A DNA stretch of 63,212 nt, the filler included, from Choristocarpus tenellus KU-1152 (Eukaryota; Protista; Phaeophyceae), in assembly GCA_964200185.2 (NCBI GenBank). It is 11 parts of 11 records of this genome, joined end to end, with 100 filler letters (N's around TTAATTAATTAA, not from the genome) between each part and the next. Parts side by side here need not be neighbours in the genome. Positions count along the whole stretch, not along the records: positions 14,353 to 26,009 come from CAXNAD020002201.1; positions 26,110 to 30,437 come from CAXNAD020015102.1; positions 30,538 to 35,060 come from CAXNAD020014169.1; positions 35,161 to 44,037 come from CAXNAD020004233.1; 7 more parts are not named here. One strand, written 5' to 3'. Numbering within the stretch: the stretch's first letter is position 1; every line of letters starts with the position of its first letter. A model generated the notes under the pieces. The model made no database searches and had not been told where the DNA came from. It was given only the letters and a program-made list of their open reading frames with translations. Below, piece after piece: positions 24,101 to 35,961 of the stretch. A program made the translations under genes and the position numbers.

Positions 24101-26339
24101 TTGGTGGACTCTGGGTCACTGGTTAGAAATCGGTCGTTACGCAATTAGCACTCATCATGCCCAGAAATACATCTCTTATTTTGAAGTTTCTTCGAGTCGC
24201 AATTTTTTTCCTTCCGGCCCCTGATAAAAGGTATTGCAGATAGCAGAGTTTGGAATCTTGTTAAATTTTCTGAAGTCGCCAGGATGTGGTGTGTAACCAA
24301 ACGTGTGTCGTGTTAAGGGTTTCGTAGAGTTCCACCATTGTATTAAGTGTTGAACTCTTGTGTACCAGGCGCAAGATGAGTGAAGTAGTCTGAATACGAA
24401 ACAAAGAAATCAGAAATAACAGAATCATCAGCAATCCAGAATGGAAACAAAATAATCTCTTTGTGTGTCAGGAGGAGTGGCGGGTATGCAGTCTGTGTGG
24501 AAACAACACAATGCCCCAAGGTGTCCTTCATAGCATTGTCAAGTCTCTAGACTGTTTGGCACTCAAATGCCAAACTCACAACACATACACACAGTTGCTC
24601 TGTTGACTATTAATGGTATCCTTCAAACAGATTCGCCTTACATAACCCTCCTGAGGGGTTAGCTAACTGCTACTATTTTGCACTGAAATTTGATACTCCT
24701 ACTTTAGCTTCAATCTTCCATTGCGAGCAATCTTTAACCGATATACAGCACAGTCAAGGAATTACTTTCGCATCAGTATCTACAAACGTTCAATGACGTG
24801 TCATTTGTGTTTCTTGTTTCGTATATGGTTCATTCACTCACATTCTACAGAGGAGAGAGGTAGGACTATACATATTCTTTTCGACTAGAACAATTTGAGG
24901 TAACCTACCTCACTCTCGCTCTGTATTGCACGCCTGCGATTACATTCCAGCTACTCCGCTGAAGTGATCCTCCTTTCACGCCCCAGATTTTCTCCTTCAC
25001 CTCCTTCGTACACCCTCCACATAGGGATTTGGTAGCCTCAAAGAGGCCTTGAACCTTTGGACAATGCCGGACCTCGTACATGAGGTTTTTTACACTGTCA
25101 TACTCTTGTTTCAAGGCATTCCCTTCCACAACAGGGGGACAATTGCCCCGTTTGGTACGATTGTATTGAGCGACCTCCTTGTTCTTGCCATTTACATACA
25201 CCAAAAACTCCTTGCTATCATTTTCTTCTGGGAAACTCTGTGACTCTAAAGCGCTAAACGTTTCCAGAATGACAACCTCAAAGAAACGGCTCAAATATTT
25301 CAGCACAGTCTTAGCCTTATTCATGATAGCTACAGTGCCAACTTCATGGGAAGAAAATGATGTATGGGTAGTTTGCTGCCATGTTTGGTTAGACTTATTT
25401 CAAGGATGAAGAAGGATTTCCCATACTTTGAAACACTGTAGAAGACGAAAGATGAGAAAATTGTTGAGAAATCATTGTAACCATAATTACCACCGATACT
25501 ACTTGTTGCTCCTACGATATTCGTAATCACTTATCGCTTGTTGGGTTCAGTACTCTTACAACTCGTCACCCTGAACCAGACGAGAAATCGCAATTTACTG
25601 GGGAGAGAGGTAAGCTGGTACTAATATCCCACCCACGGTAACATCTGCGTAGTGTCAAGTCGGTATAATAATACCCAGGGTATACTTACATTATAATATT
25701 ATGCCCTCTGACATTTTGCAGATGTGTCAGGGAAAAAGTCAATTCAATATCGTAAGGACCCCTGTCTGGCAACCCTCCTCTGACAGGAGTCCCTTCAGAA
25801 GACTTGTCGGGAATTATTGGCCAAGGCTAGGTAGCCTGGGAGGGAACAACAAACCCCGACACCTGTCCCAGAGGTTGTGACCGCTAAGACATGTACTGGA
25901 TGGTCTGTTGACACAACATTTGACCCAAAGTATCTGGGGGGGGGGGGGATCTACGCCAGGGGTGGCCATTTGGGTCAAAATCAGGAAAAGTGTGTTTACC
26001 TTATCCATCNNNNNNNNNNNNNNNNNNNNNNNNNNNNNNNNNNNNNNNNNNNNTTAATTAATTAANNNNNNNNNNNNNNNNNNNNNNNNNNNNNNNNNNN
26101 NNNNNNNNNACAAATGGGAAAAAATAAATAAATCGTACCCTCTAAGATAGTTTCACTCATCAGTTAATCGACTGTTCACTAGGCCTGCGGTAGCTGTAGG
26201 CACATCGTGTAAGGATGTACTCGTCCTCGGGTATCTAACCTACAGCAGCTCCACTCGCCACGACGGTAAATCAAGTGGGGCGTGCGCAACCATCATCTAT
26301 TCAGTAATGTGATTGTTTGTCACGATCCACAATACGTAC

Positions 26340-29204
26340 CTCCTCCAAGATTGATAGGAGTGAAGAACACCTCCACGAACTGGCCTTTAACGTTTGCGGC
26401 CATGATCTTCTGGAGCTCGGAGTAGCCCCTGATAAGAAGGACATGAACCAAAGAAACGTGTAAAGAAAGGTTCTATGGTGCGTCGTCATCATGATGAACG
26501 GAATAGGTAGTGGAATTATGTGCGTCTGTTTTGACGGTTATTTCTTGGAACTTTGCACTCGTTTGTAGAATAAAACAGGGTCGTCTATTCTGTTTCACGT
26601 GCAGTTACAAACTTGTTGTCAGATGGACTATGCGTGCGTGTGGTTACCTGTCACCGCCGTGGGTAGGTGGGTAAAGTGCTGGGAGGGCGTGTGCTATCTG
26701 GTTCGCGTCGTCTACGGACATGAACACGAAGCCAAGAGGTATGCCGTCGACTTTGGCCCGCAAGGCGCTGCTGGTGCTGTTGGCAATGACCAGCCGATCT
26801 ACTTGGATAACCTGGCGAGTGGGGGAGAGCAACATCACGTCTGTAAATCAAATAAATCTGCTCAGAGTTGTAAAAAAATGGCCACTTGTTAAGACGTATC
26901 AGGTTAGTCACAAAAATGGAGTGTAGGTAGCAATAAATGTTTGTCTTTGGATGTGTTTTTTATTGCTGTGTTCAAGACAAACACAGTATTATCGAGATGG
27001 TAGGAAGTACGTACGTACGGGGCCGGAAGACCGCTATATGACCTGTCCCTCCCACAGCCCGTTGTAGACGACCAGGAAGCAGTCTATCATACAAGGTGTT
27101 TGGGCAGCTAATAACAACATTTTTGCGGTGAGTGTGGCTGTTGCTGCTGCCATAAGCACCTGCGTGGGAGCTTTCATTCGCAAAAGGCAATAGATGTTCT
27201 TCCCAATGGAGGCCAATGACGGCATCATGTTGCCACTGTACGCTTCTCGCAAAATTAACGCTGGACACCTACCTCTCGATGGTCTGACCGCTCCTTATTG
27301 ATGGACTCGAGGGCGGTGGAGTCGTTCGTGGGTTTTACACCAGTCGCACCGTGCCGCTTCTCTTTTAACTTGACACATATGTCACATTTCACAAACTCGC
27401 CTCCTACCCTCACCCTGATGTTGGACCTGTCCTCTCTGAGCAATCGGAGGAAGTGCGCCCTGCTTACCCGCTTGGAAGGGTCGTCAGGATACACCCGTAT
27501 TGCCTCTTTGCAAAAATCCTTGTATAGCTCCTAATTAAAAATGTTGGTTGTGTGGGCAAGTGAAGAGTTATTGAGAAGGAACACTCGAAGAACACCCCTG
27601 CAAGATCTCTCGGAGGCGGGCTGACCAATAACTTGACTGAGAACGCGGAAGACAGGATCAAGCAAGCTTACATCGTGCGTTATGAAAGAGCAAATACAAT
27701 CATCTTCGTAAATCTGCCAGGAGCGTCATTCTGTTCGGGCCTTGCTGCCGTTTGCAGAAGCGGCAATGGAGGCGAATCTACCACCATCATCATCATCATC
27801 GCGAAGCGCTTTAGACATACCAAGTACACACTTTTGCTATAAATGTCAGACCGGGCCCGGTGCCGCAGAGTAGGTGTACACAGCGGTGACATAACAGTTA
27901 CTGTGCCTTCCTCCGTAAAAGCGACGAAGAGTATCATCATCAACATCATTGTCTCGACATAGCAAACGAAAAAAATAGCCCTTGGTACGAATCTTCACAT
28001 GTACTTTTAACCATAATATCAGACCGGTCAAAGTAATAAACATCCACCTCTCGAAATGCTCCTTCGATCCACTTCTTCTACGTACTGCTGGGTCACACGG
28101 TTTGCAACTAACTCCAACTCAGGGTGCGGCCAACCTCTCCACAACCAAGGGCAAAACCTACCTCTTTGTTCACGGCGTAGATCACAATTGTGGACTTGTG
28201 AGGCATGAACTGCCCGTATGTATCAGCCCAGTAGTCTATCCAGGACATCACCAGGTCTCGCTTCGGAGCCATGTCCTTATCTGTGTTCGTGCCGTTCCTG
28301 TTCTAGTAGCACACGTATGTATATAAAGTGATGAGAGATGTGTTGGAGGTGGATACGAGGGACGGGGGATGGAATCCTAGAGGGCTCGTATGCCAGCAGT
28401 GGATAACATATTCTGCAGATATTTACGTGTGGTAACTGCTGCTGCAGCGCGGGGACGGTTGGATGAGATGATATTGTTGAAGCATAAAAAAACATATCGC
28501 ACGTGTATATACACACATAGGTAACACATACCTCCACGCTGGAGGGATCTCTAACTTTGTACATCAGGCATCTAGGTGTGGTAACTGCAAAGTGAATGTG
28601 GCGAGTACGGTCGGATGACATTGTTCTGAGATAGGACTACTGTTCAATCATCAAGCAGGGGGGAAAATGTACCGGGTACAAATAACACTGTGTACATACG
28701 TCAAACCCACCTCTCCACGCCGGTGCCTTTGCAAGCGTCGATGACATGATTGGATATTCCGAACGATGCCTTGAAAAACTGCATACAGACGGGAATACTG
28801 GCCGCGAGCATAGATCCGCCTCCAGGTCACAACTTAATCACAGGTACACGGTCGCCTACAAAGTGCTTACGATCGCGGTGGTTCTCACACGCCCGGATGA
28901 TGTCCTGCTCTTTGGCCAACGTGCGTGCAAGGAAGGACTCGCTATCTGCCGCGAACTTTTTCACACAGGCTAAGTGCTTGCAGCAGTCACCCTGTTCGTT
29001 GACCGGAATGGGTTCAGCCCACCCTCGACAAAGCTTGGCGCCAGTCGCTGAAGCGTCATTGGTAGAAAGCTCCAGCGCATCATTGTTGGCGGACTGGTGA
29101 GGGGGCAACACAGGGGGCGACCCAGGCGACAAAAGCCACCCCGTTGCTGTCGAAGCAACTGCCATGGTGTTTTCGGGCAACAGGCGGTCTTGGGCAGTGA
29201 GAAG
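26340..29204 (-). pseudogene. Intron-containing Sola-like / DUF7869-type DNA transposase, disrupted
   Basis: Exons 29204-28711, 28297-28162, 27530-27273, 26811-26648 and 26428-26340 splice in phase. Motifs occur in the expected order: CCKHLAC; VCMQFFKASFGIS; SWIDYWADTYGQFMP; ELYKDF...SRAHFLRL...FVKCDIC; FMSVDDANQIAHALP; QKIMAANVKG...GG. There is an in-frame TGA at 28829-28827 and the 5' end is cut by an LTR. The remaining catalytic exons are not on the contig. Confidence 0.72.
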
Positions 29205-30437
29205 TGTGCAGTATAGGCTGGTAGTCTATATGGGTTATAGGTATTTAGTGACCACTACTAGGCAACAGGAATGTTGAGTAAGTGGAACAAGTGTCATTGA
29301 CTTGTGTGTGTGTGCTTAAATTAATGGGTTCGAATCTCAGATGATTGATTTCTTATTACTTGTTGTAAATGGACTGATGGAGGAGTTCTGACATAGCACT
29401 AGCTACACAAGATAAATGACATAGTACGATATAACAACAGGACACGTTTTGATGTGTCAGCTGATGTATGTACACTCCGCTAATAATAAACACATCCATA
29501 CCACATAATACAAATACTCTTCTTGAGTAGCTCGCGTTTCGCAAAGGATATGAGGGTCACACGATTCCCTTCGCAAGGGAATAGGGTATAAGTCTCATTG
29601 GTATGTAAGCGGGCTCCCGTATGCTGCCACTATGGAGGGGAGCGGGCAGGGCATACACGGGAGAAGTGGGCTGAAAGGCGGATGGGGATGGCTTTGGTGA
29701 GTTACACAGGCGGCAAAGGACTGTAGGATGGCTTTGGTGAGTTACACGGGCGGCAAAGGACTGTACCGGATACTCCAAATTGCATACTGCATTCCAGCAC
29801 CTCCCATAGTCGACACATCATTCGAAGAACGCTGCGCGTATGATGAATACGTTAGGCATCGAGAAGCTTTGTGGTTCCTGCTGGGACAGACCACGAGGGG
29901 TGCTGCAGCTATGGTGGTCAGCTTGTATGGTCAACACGTACGAGAGGAGGCAGCTCTGACAGGAGGGCAGCCTGTCTCGAATTAGAGCAGATCTATGGGG
30001 GGCGCGCTGTGAGTCAGCGGCCCATGCAGCTCATTGTTCCAGAGATGAAATTGTGCGACATGTACTGCTCGTCAGTGGAGGACACTGCAGATTTCTTCAT
30101 TCGTCTCGATCATATCTGGACAAGAGTACGAGCAGCTGGAGGCAGCCAAGATCATGCCAAGAAAGGAGCTCTGATATACATCAGGGACAACATGCCGCAG
30201 GTATTTGCGCACATGGCAGATGTGTCTGTATGGAGGACGAGATCCCCATGCAGCTTGACAAAGGACGCACAGAGGATGAGAGATCCCCGTGCAGCTCACC
30301 GGAAGTCGCGCGGCCTTGTGTTTCCTGCTGGGACAGGCCACAAAAGGGGGGCCGCAGCGATGGTGATCAGTACTCATGAGAGTATCAGCAGCCCTATGGA
30401 GGGCTGCCTGGCTCAAATAGGAGCAAATTTATGGAGG
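29205..30437 (+). mobile_element. 5' LTR plus degenerate gag region of the same copia family
   Basis: TGTGCAGTATAGGCTGGTAGTCTATA...TTTAGTGACCA (29205 on) matches the LTR start at 5837-5886. The LTR end is uncertain (CA at 29561 or 29597) and is followed by a degenerate PBS-like TGGTATGTAAGC. Gag-like peptides follow (REALWFLLGQTTRGAAAMVV; DFFIRLDHIW). Confidence 0.75.
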
Positions 30438-31571
30438 NNNNNNNNNNNNNNNNNNNNNNNNNNNNNNNNNNNNNNNNNNNNTTAATTAATTAANNNNNNN
30501 NNNNNNNNNNNNNNNNNNNNNNNNNNNNNNNNNNNNNAAATACACACCCCCCCCCCCCCCCCCCCCCCCAAGTTACTTTGAGCCAAGGATGAATAGCAAA
30601 AAAAAACTTCACAAAAAAAAATATATATATATATATATATAATTATAATTCCTTGGTGACTACACCAGAAACAGTCAAAAATATCTCACTCCAGAAAGAA
30701 GTACTCATTATCCATACCACACCACACTACACTACACCTCACCAAAAATTAGTAATAACCAACAATACTGTACCACAACCTGTTACTAAGTAAGACACAC
30801 CCATGCTACTCTCTATACCTGTTGTCATAAAAGTGGTACACCAAGCGATCGGCATCACCATCAAAACTGCAGAGGCGTTTTCCAGCATCACGAGTCGAGA
30901 AACCTGAAGGGGGCTGACCCCTCTGCAAAAAAATAAAGCATTACAAGCACATGGGGGGGGGGGGGGGGGGGGAAGGAAAAAAATACAGAAAAGANNNNNN
31001 NNNNAGAACGGAGGGGAAAGGCGCGGGGGGGCGGCCACACAATAAAAAAAAAAAAAAGGGAGGGGGGGAGGGGGGGGGGGGGGGGGGGGGGTTAAAGTAA
31101 AATGTATGAAAAGAAGTCACAATAGTAACGAAATTTGAATCGACTGAGGTATAACCACTCACTCTTTCTCAAAAAACATGGTCAACGTGATGAAAGTTCC
31201 AATCTGATGATAGTTTACGTTGATAGGTTATTGATGGCTTAGCAAAAGGGTGATCAATAACCTATCCACTCCCATCTAGTTAGGGACTCTGAAGGAGGTG
31301 AAAGGTTGAAGAGGGCATCCATCTTCCTCACTCTCTTACAGATTCAATCACATTCCATCTTTTGCATTACTATTATATAATCTTTGTATTAATATCATTA
31401 TGATGTTTTTCAACCAAGTATAGGAAGGAGAAGGAAGGGTCAAAGTAACTTAGAGTGTAGAGTCGCTTAAATTTTACAGTGAATTGTCCAACATTTAAAT
31501 AATTAGTAAAGTTTAAAATCTAGCAACTAAAAAATGCAAACAAATTTCATTTACTTTTACTAAAAAATGCA

Positions 31572-31836
31572 TGTTCAAGTTATGGAAAACTTAATTTGCG
31601 TCCATTTGGGGACAAATTCCAATGTTGAGATTTTGATGTAATTTTGGCTATCATTTTTGTTAGGAAGTGTCAATATCCTCGTTCCAGACATACCTTTTCA
31701 TAACGTATGCATTTTACCTACTCCGAAACATTTTGGAGTAGGAAAATGTCATTTTTTTTTTTTAAATATGGGAAGCCAAGCCCCACACGGACAAACAGGG
31801 CAAAACTCGTACCCTAACCCTAAGGTTCTTTCACTC
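31572..31836 (-). mobile_element. MITE copy (inverted; one end decayed, start approximate)
   Basis: Reverse-complement similarity to 35191-35448, clear from ~31598. Confidence 0.8.
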
Positions 31837-32362
31837 AAACTCCACTCACACCACATCATTTCAACACGTCCTTCCACATCAGTTCATCCCATCCTTTCAC
31901 ATCGCTTCATCACATCCATTCCCATCGACAACAAACAAGGACCCCCGTGCTACCTTTCAAACCACACCAAAGAAAGGCAAGGGGGTGTCTAACATACACC
32001 AATCCAAAAAAAAGTGTCAACGCTAGTTTTCCTAGACAATGAATGATGCCGGTGGTCACCTATAAGGCGTTCTGATGCTACACAACCTCTACTACTCCAA
32101 TTAACACTCACAAACAGGGATTTAGTGGTAGGGACGATAAACTCCCCACCTCTACATTGCCACCAAATCTCTCCCACAGACCTCACAACAGGGGCAATGA
32201 CACACAACTAAATCAAGGTCTGATATGGAAATTCTTTAACGCAGCATCTATTTGTACCTAGCTAGCTAACTAATTACTAACCTCATAAAAAAGGTTAAAA
32301 CACATCAACACACATTACACTAACGTCCCACCACCCAAAAGTTAAATCTTTTTCGCAACTTC

Positions 32363-32395
32363 TTAGGGTTGGGGTTAGGGTTAGGGTTAGGGTTA
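32363..32395 (+). repeat. Interstitial telomere-like repeat (TTAGGG)~5
   Basis: TTAGGGTTGGGGTTAGGGTTAGGGTTAGGGTTA. A similar CCCTAA tract lies at 47369-47392. Confidence 0.85.
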
Positions 32396-32762
32396 AATGC
32401 ACACACACACACACACACACCAAACTTCAAATCCCCAATTTCAAAGAATACCCTATCAGATAAACAAGAAACAGCAGTACCTCCCCTCACGGACACTTCC
32501 TCCACAATCCAAAAAAAAAATCACCAACACAAACCAACCACGTACCAACCCAAAATAAAAAAGAAAACAAATAATATAAGTATACACAAAAAAAATGTCA
32601 AAATAATACTAATGATAACCCACTCAAACTAAAACTCTCAGGTGAAATTAACATAGTATTAATAATAAAAATAATACGCTTGGCATGGTCTACGAGATGG
32701 GCTCGTCAAACAGAGGGGTGACACACATCCGATCTTTCAAAAGAGTTAAGAGTTCGATGCTT

Positions 32763-33439
32763 TCAAGCATAATCATCACCATGACCAGGTTCAACCTGCA
32801 CTCCCCCTGTGCCTTGCTCAAGCTCCGTTCTTCTAGCCAACATAAACCTAACTCCAAGAAGTTGTTTCTGTTTCATCAAGATATCATAGAACTGGCTTCC
32901 ATAAACACACACACAAACACACATGTATGTAAATCAAACTAACAAATGTTGAATCAGTCCCTCCCCGGGCCCCTCACTAACATCCATTCCCATCACCATC
33001 TCAAACATTGAATCAGTCCCTCCCCGGGCCCCTCACTAACGTCCATTCCCATCACCATCTTAAACGTTGTATCAGTCCCTCCCCAGGCCCCTCACTAACA
33101 TCCATTCCCATCACTATCTAAAACGCTGTATCAGTCCCTCCCCGGGCCCCTCACTAACGTCCATTCCCATCACCATCTAAAACGCTGTATCAGTCCCTCC
33201 CCAGGCCCCTCACTAACGTCCATTCCCATCACCATCTAAAACGTTGTATCAGTCCCTCCCAAGCCCCTCACTCACATCCATTCCCATCACCATCTAGCAG
33301 TATCTATCCACGCCACTATCCATCTATCACTTACCTTCTGCGCCCATTCTGCTCCGCAGCCCTCATTGAGCGTGCCCTTGCCCACCTTGTTACGAACTTC
33401 CACCTTCAGTCCTCCTCCCCCGGGGAAGTTATTAACAGC
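32763..33439 (-). CDS. Last two exons of an unidentified protein
   Basis: Exon 33439-33335 (ag|AVNNFPGGGGLKVEVRNKVGKGTLNEGCGAEWAQK|gtaagt) and exon 32891-32763 (FYDILMKQKQLLGVRFMLARRTELEQ...DDYA*), joined in phase 0. Both are GC-richer than their flanks. Family not recognised. Confidence 0.6.
32945..33297. repeat. Intronic minisatellite, ~59-bp unit x6
   Basis: Unit AAACGTTGTATCAGTCCCTCCCCGGGCCCCTCACTAACATCCATTCCCATCACCATCTA, head to tail, no spacers. Confidence 0.95.
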
Positions 33440-34399
33440 CTATATTTTTGTACATTTTTGTATTAAAAAATACGTTTTAAAAGTGTCATGATTACAGCGG
33501 AGGAAAATAGTAGAGCCATCGACACAACCTACCTCAATATTATTTATATCACAATAAATATTATTTATGTTACACTAAATTATTAAACATTCAAAACCAA
33601 AATAAACAAAAGAACGAAAGGAGATACCCCACATACAGTACAGATGTACTCATATATGTATATGTGTGTGTGTACACAGAGGATAAATCACCATAGGAAA
33701 TAGAGGTAAAAAAAAAGCAGAGACACACCATATATTCACTACTAGAGTACATGAAGGCATGAACATACAGGTCAGAGTGATCAACCATAGATAACTACGG
33801 TAGTCCGTAAAATCGCACGCACACAAGATAAATAAATAAATAGGAAAAAAATCAAAAATATAATTTTAAAAATATATACTATGACCCCACAGAATGCATA
33901 CACATTATGCGTACACACAAGAACAGATGTAGTAAACAAAAAAAATAGTAGTACAGCATTTACCTACACTGTACACACAAACATAAAAACAAAAATATAT
34001 TAAATATAGATAATATACTAGCAATAAAATACTTCCAACCTGAAAGAACACAAGTATTAGACACTACAAGATAGATTCTAAGTCAAGCACACACTAACAC
34101 ACCCACAACTCCATAGCACCAACACCCAATCCATCTCAATTGCCAAGTCAGCAAAACACTCCGACTACGACAGCCAACGCCTTCCATTGCACACAACACT
34201 TTCAGACACAATCAGTCTCTCTCTCTCTCTGTGTGTGTAGTTCAACAGCGAATGGGACTTTCCAGTCAGCAGGTCACAAACAAACCCAGATGCTTCAACA
34301 AACTTATTTCATTGAACAAAAAAAAAATTAGACGTAACGTTGGTAGAGTGTTAAGACATTACCACTTATACCACAAACGGTATTCATCCATCCACTCAC

Positions 34400-34620
34400 C
34401 ACATACCACACTATACCTTTACACATCCAACACATTTTTTGACATAAACAGACACACTACCACACTATACCTTTACTCTTTTCAACACATTTTTTTTTAC
34501 GTAATCATTCTACCATACTATATACCTTTATACCTTCCAACACATTTTTTGACATAAACAGACATACTACCACACTATACCTTAATACCTTCCAATACAT
34601 TTTTTTTTAACATAGACATA
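34400..34620. repeat. Degenerate tandem repeat (~55-60-bp subunits)
   Basis: Recurring TACCACACTATACCTTTA...CCAACACATTTTTT. Confidence 0.75.
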
Positions 34621-34698
34621 ACGTACCGAATCATCCACAATGCCATAACCCCATACACTCAATGCCGTTACGCCTTCCAAGTACAAAGGTAGCTCAAA

Positions 34699-34935
34699 TT
34701 ACTTCTTTAGCATAAACAACATGAAATAATTCTAATACAAAAGTAAGAACGATAAGAACAACATTGATTTAGAATAATTCTTACTTCTTTAGTATAAACA
34801 TGAAAAAATTCTAATACAAAAGTAAGAACGATAAGAACATCATTGATTTAGAATAATTCTTACTTCTTTAGTATAAACATGAAATAATTCTAATACAAAA
34901 GTAAGAACGATAAGAACATTGGTTTAGAATAATTT
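34699..34935. repeat. AT-rich tandem repeat, ~80-bp unit x3
   Basis: TTACTTCTTTAGTATAAACATGAAATAATTCTAATACAAAAGTAAGAACGATAAGAAC...TTTAGAATAATTC repeated. Confidence 0.9.
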
Positions 34936-35190
34936 TTACAACTCACTACAAACAACAAACACCATGCACATACTCGCAAAAATACACTCAAGTCATTTTC
35001 TCATCATTCCCACTATGTAGTAGAATTGTTCATATTCAAACCTGCCCCCCCCTCCTCCCCNNNNNNNNNNNNNNNNNNNNNNNNNNNNNNNNNNNNNNNN
35101 NNNNTTAATTAATTAANNNNNNNNNNNNNNNNNNNNNNNNNNNNNNNNNNNNNNNNNNNNGCAAAACTCGTACCCTCAATAATACATTCT

Positions 35191-35448
35191 GAGTGAAAGT
35201 ATCTTAGAGGGTACGAGTTTGGCCCTGTTTGTCCATTTGGGGCTTGACTTCCCATGGGTTCTTTTATGACATTTTCCTACTCCAAACCTTTTTTGGAGTA
35301 GGAAAATGTATCCGTTATGAAAAGGTGTATCCGGAACAAGGGTATTGATACTTCCTAACAAGCATGATAGCCAAAATTACATCAAAATCACAAATTGGAT
35401 TTTGACCTCCAAATGGACGCGGCCCTACCCTCTAAGATACTATGGCTC
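35191..35448 (+). mobile_element. ~258-bp MITE (reference copy)
   Basis: TIRs GAGTGAAAGTATCTTAGAGGGTA ... TACCCTCTAAGATACTATGGCTC; flanks TTCT/TTCT; internal perfect 18-bp inverted repeat 35269-35309; no ORF. Confidence 0.9.
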
Positions 35449-35961
35449 TTCTCTCATAGCAAATACCTGTTCAACTCCTAGGTATAAGCTGAGGTCAGCA
35501 CTGTGAAGCAAACCTTGAACTGATTGTGGCAGGGGACATAGTAAGGTGATGTTTGGGATAGAGTCTGCCTGTCCTTGTGGCAGATTTGTGCCACTGTCCT
35601 CCTCCTATTTTGCACAAATTTCAGGGTCTCCGTTTCTTCTTCTGATGCCTGAACAGACTCTTCAACTCTCTTATTTTGTGTTAGATAGCACTATTATGAT
35701 GATGGGCTGACTTCTTGCATAGGCACCTGTATTCAAAGATGAAAACATGCGGAAAACTACTCCCTAGGTCTGCTCAACACAAGATGATGCAAAAAATCGA
35801 GAGGGTGATTATCCAAAACGATCTCTGACGCTTTTATGTCGATGTTGGCCTTGACAAACCGTAAGCTCAAGTCTGATCCTGAGCCTAAGTCTCGCTTCTC
35901 CATTCAAGCTAGACCCTAGAGCAAGCATTTACCGAATACCCCCAACAGACCAAGGATCAAC

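Noticed and set aside
26130-26175. Minus-strand CTGATGAGTGAAAC as a minimal hammerhead ribozyme
   Set aside because: It arises from the MITE TIR junction, and stems I and II cannot form.
28827-28829. In-frame TGA as selenocysteine or programmed readthrough
   Set aside because: It lies in a TE relic also broken by an LTR. No SECIS was seen, and a point mutation (e.g. CGA>TGA) is simpler.
32945-33297. Possible CRISPR array
   Set aside because: The whole 59-bp unit repeats and there are no unique spacers.
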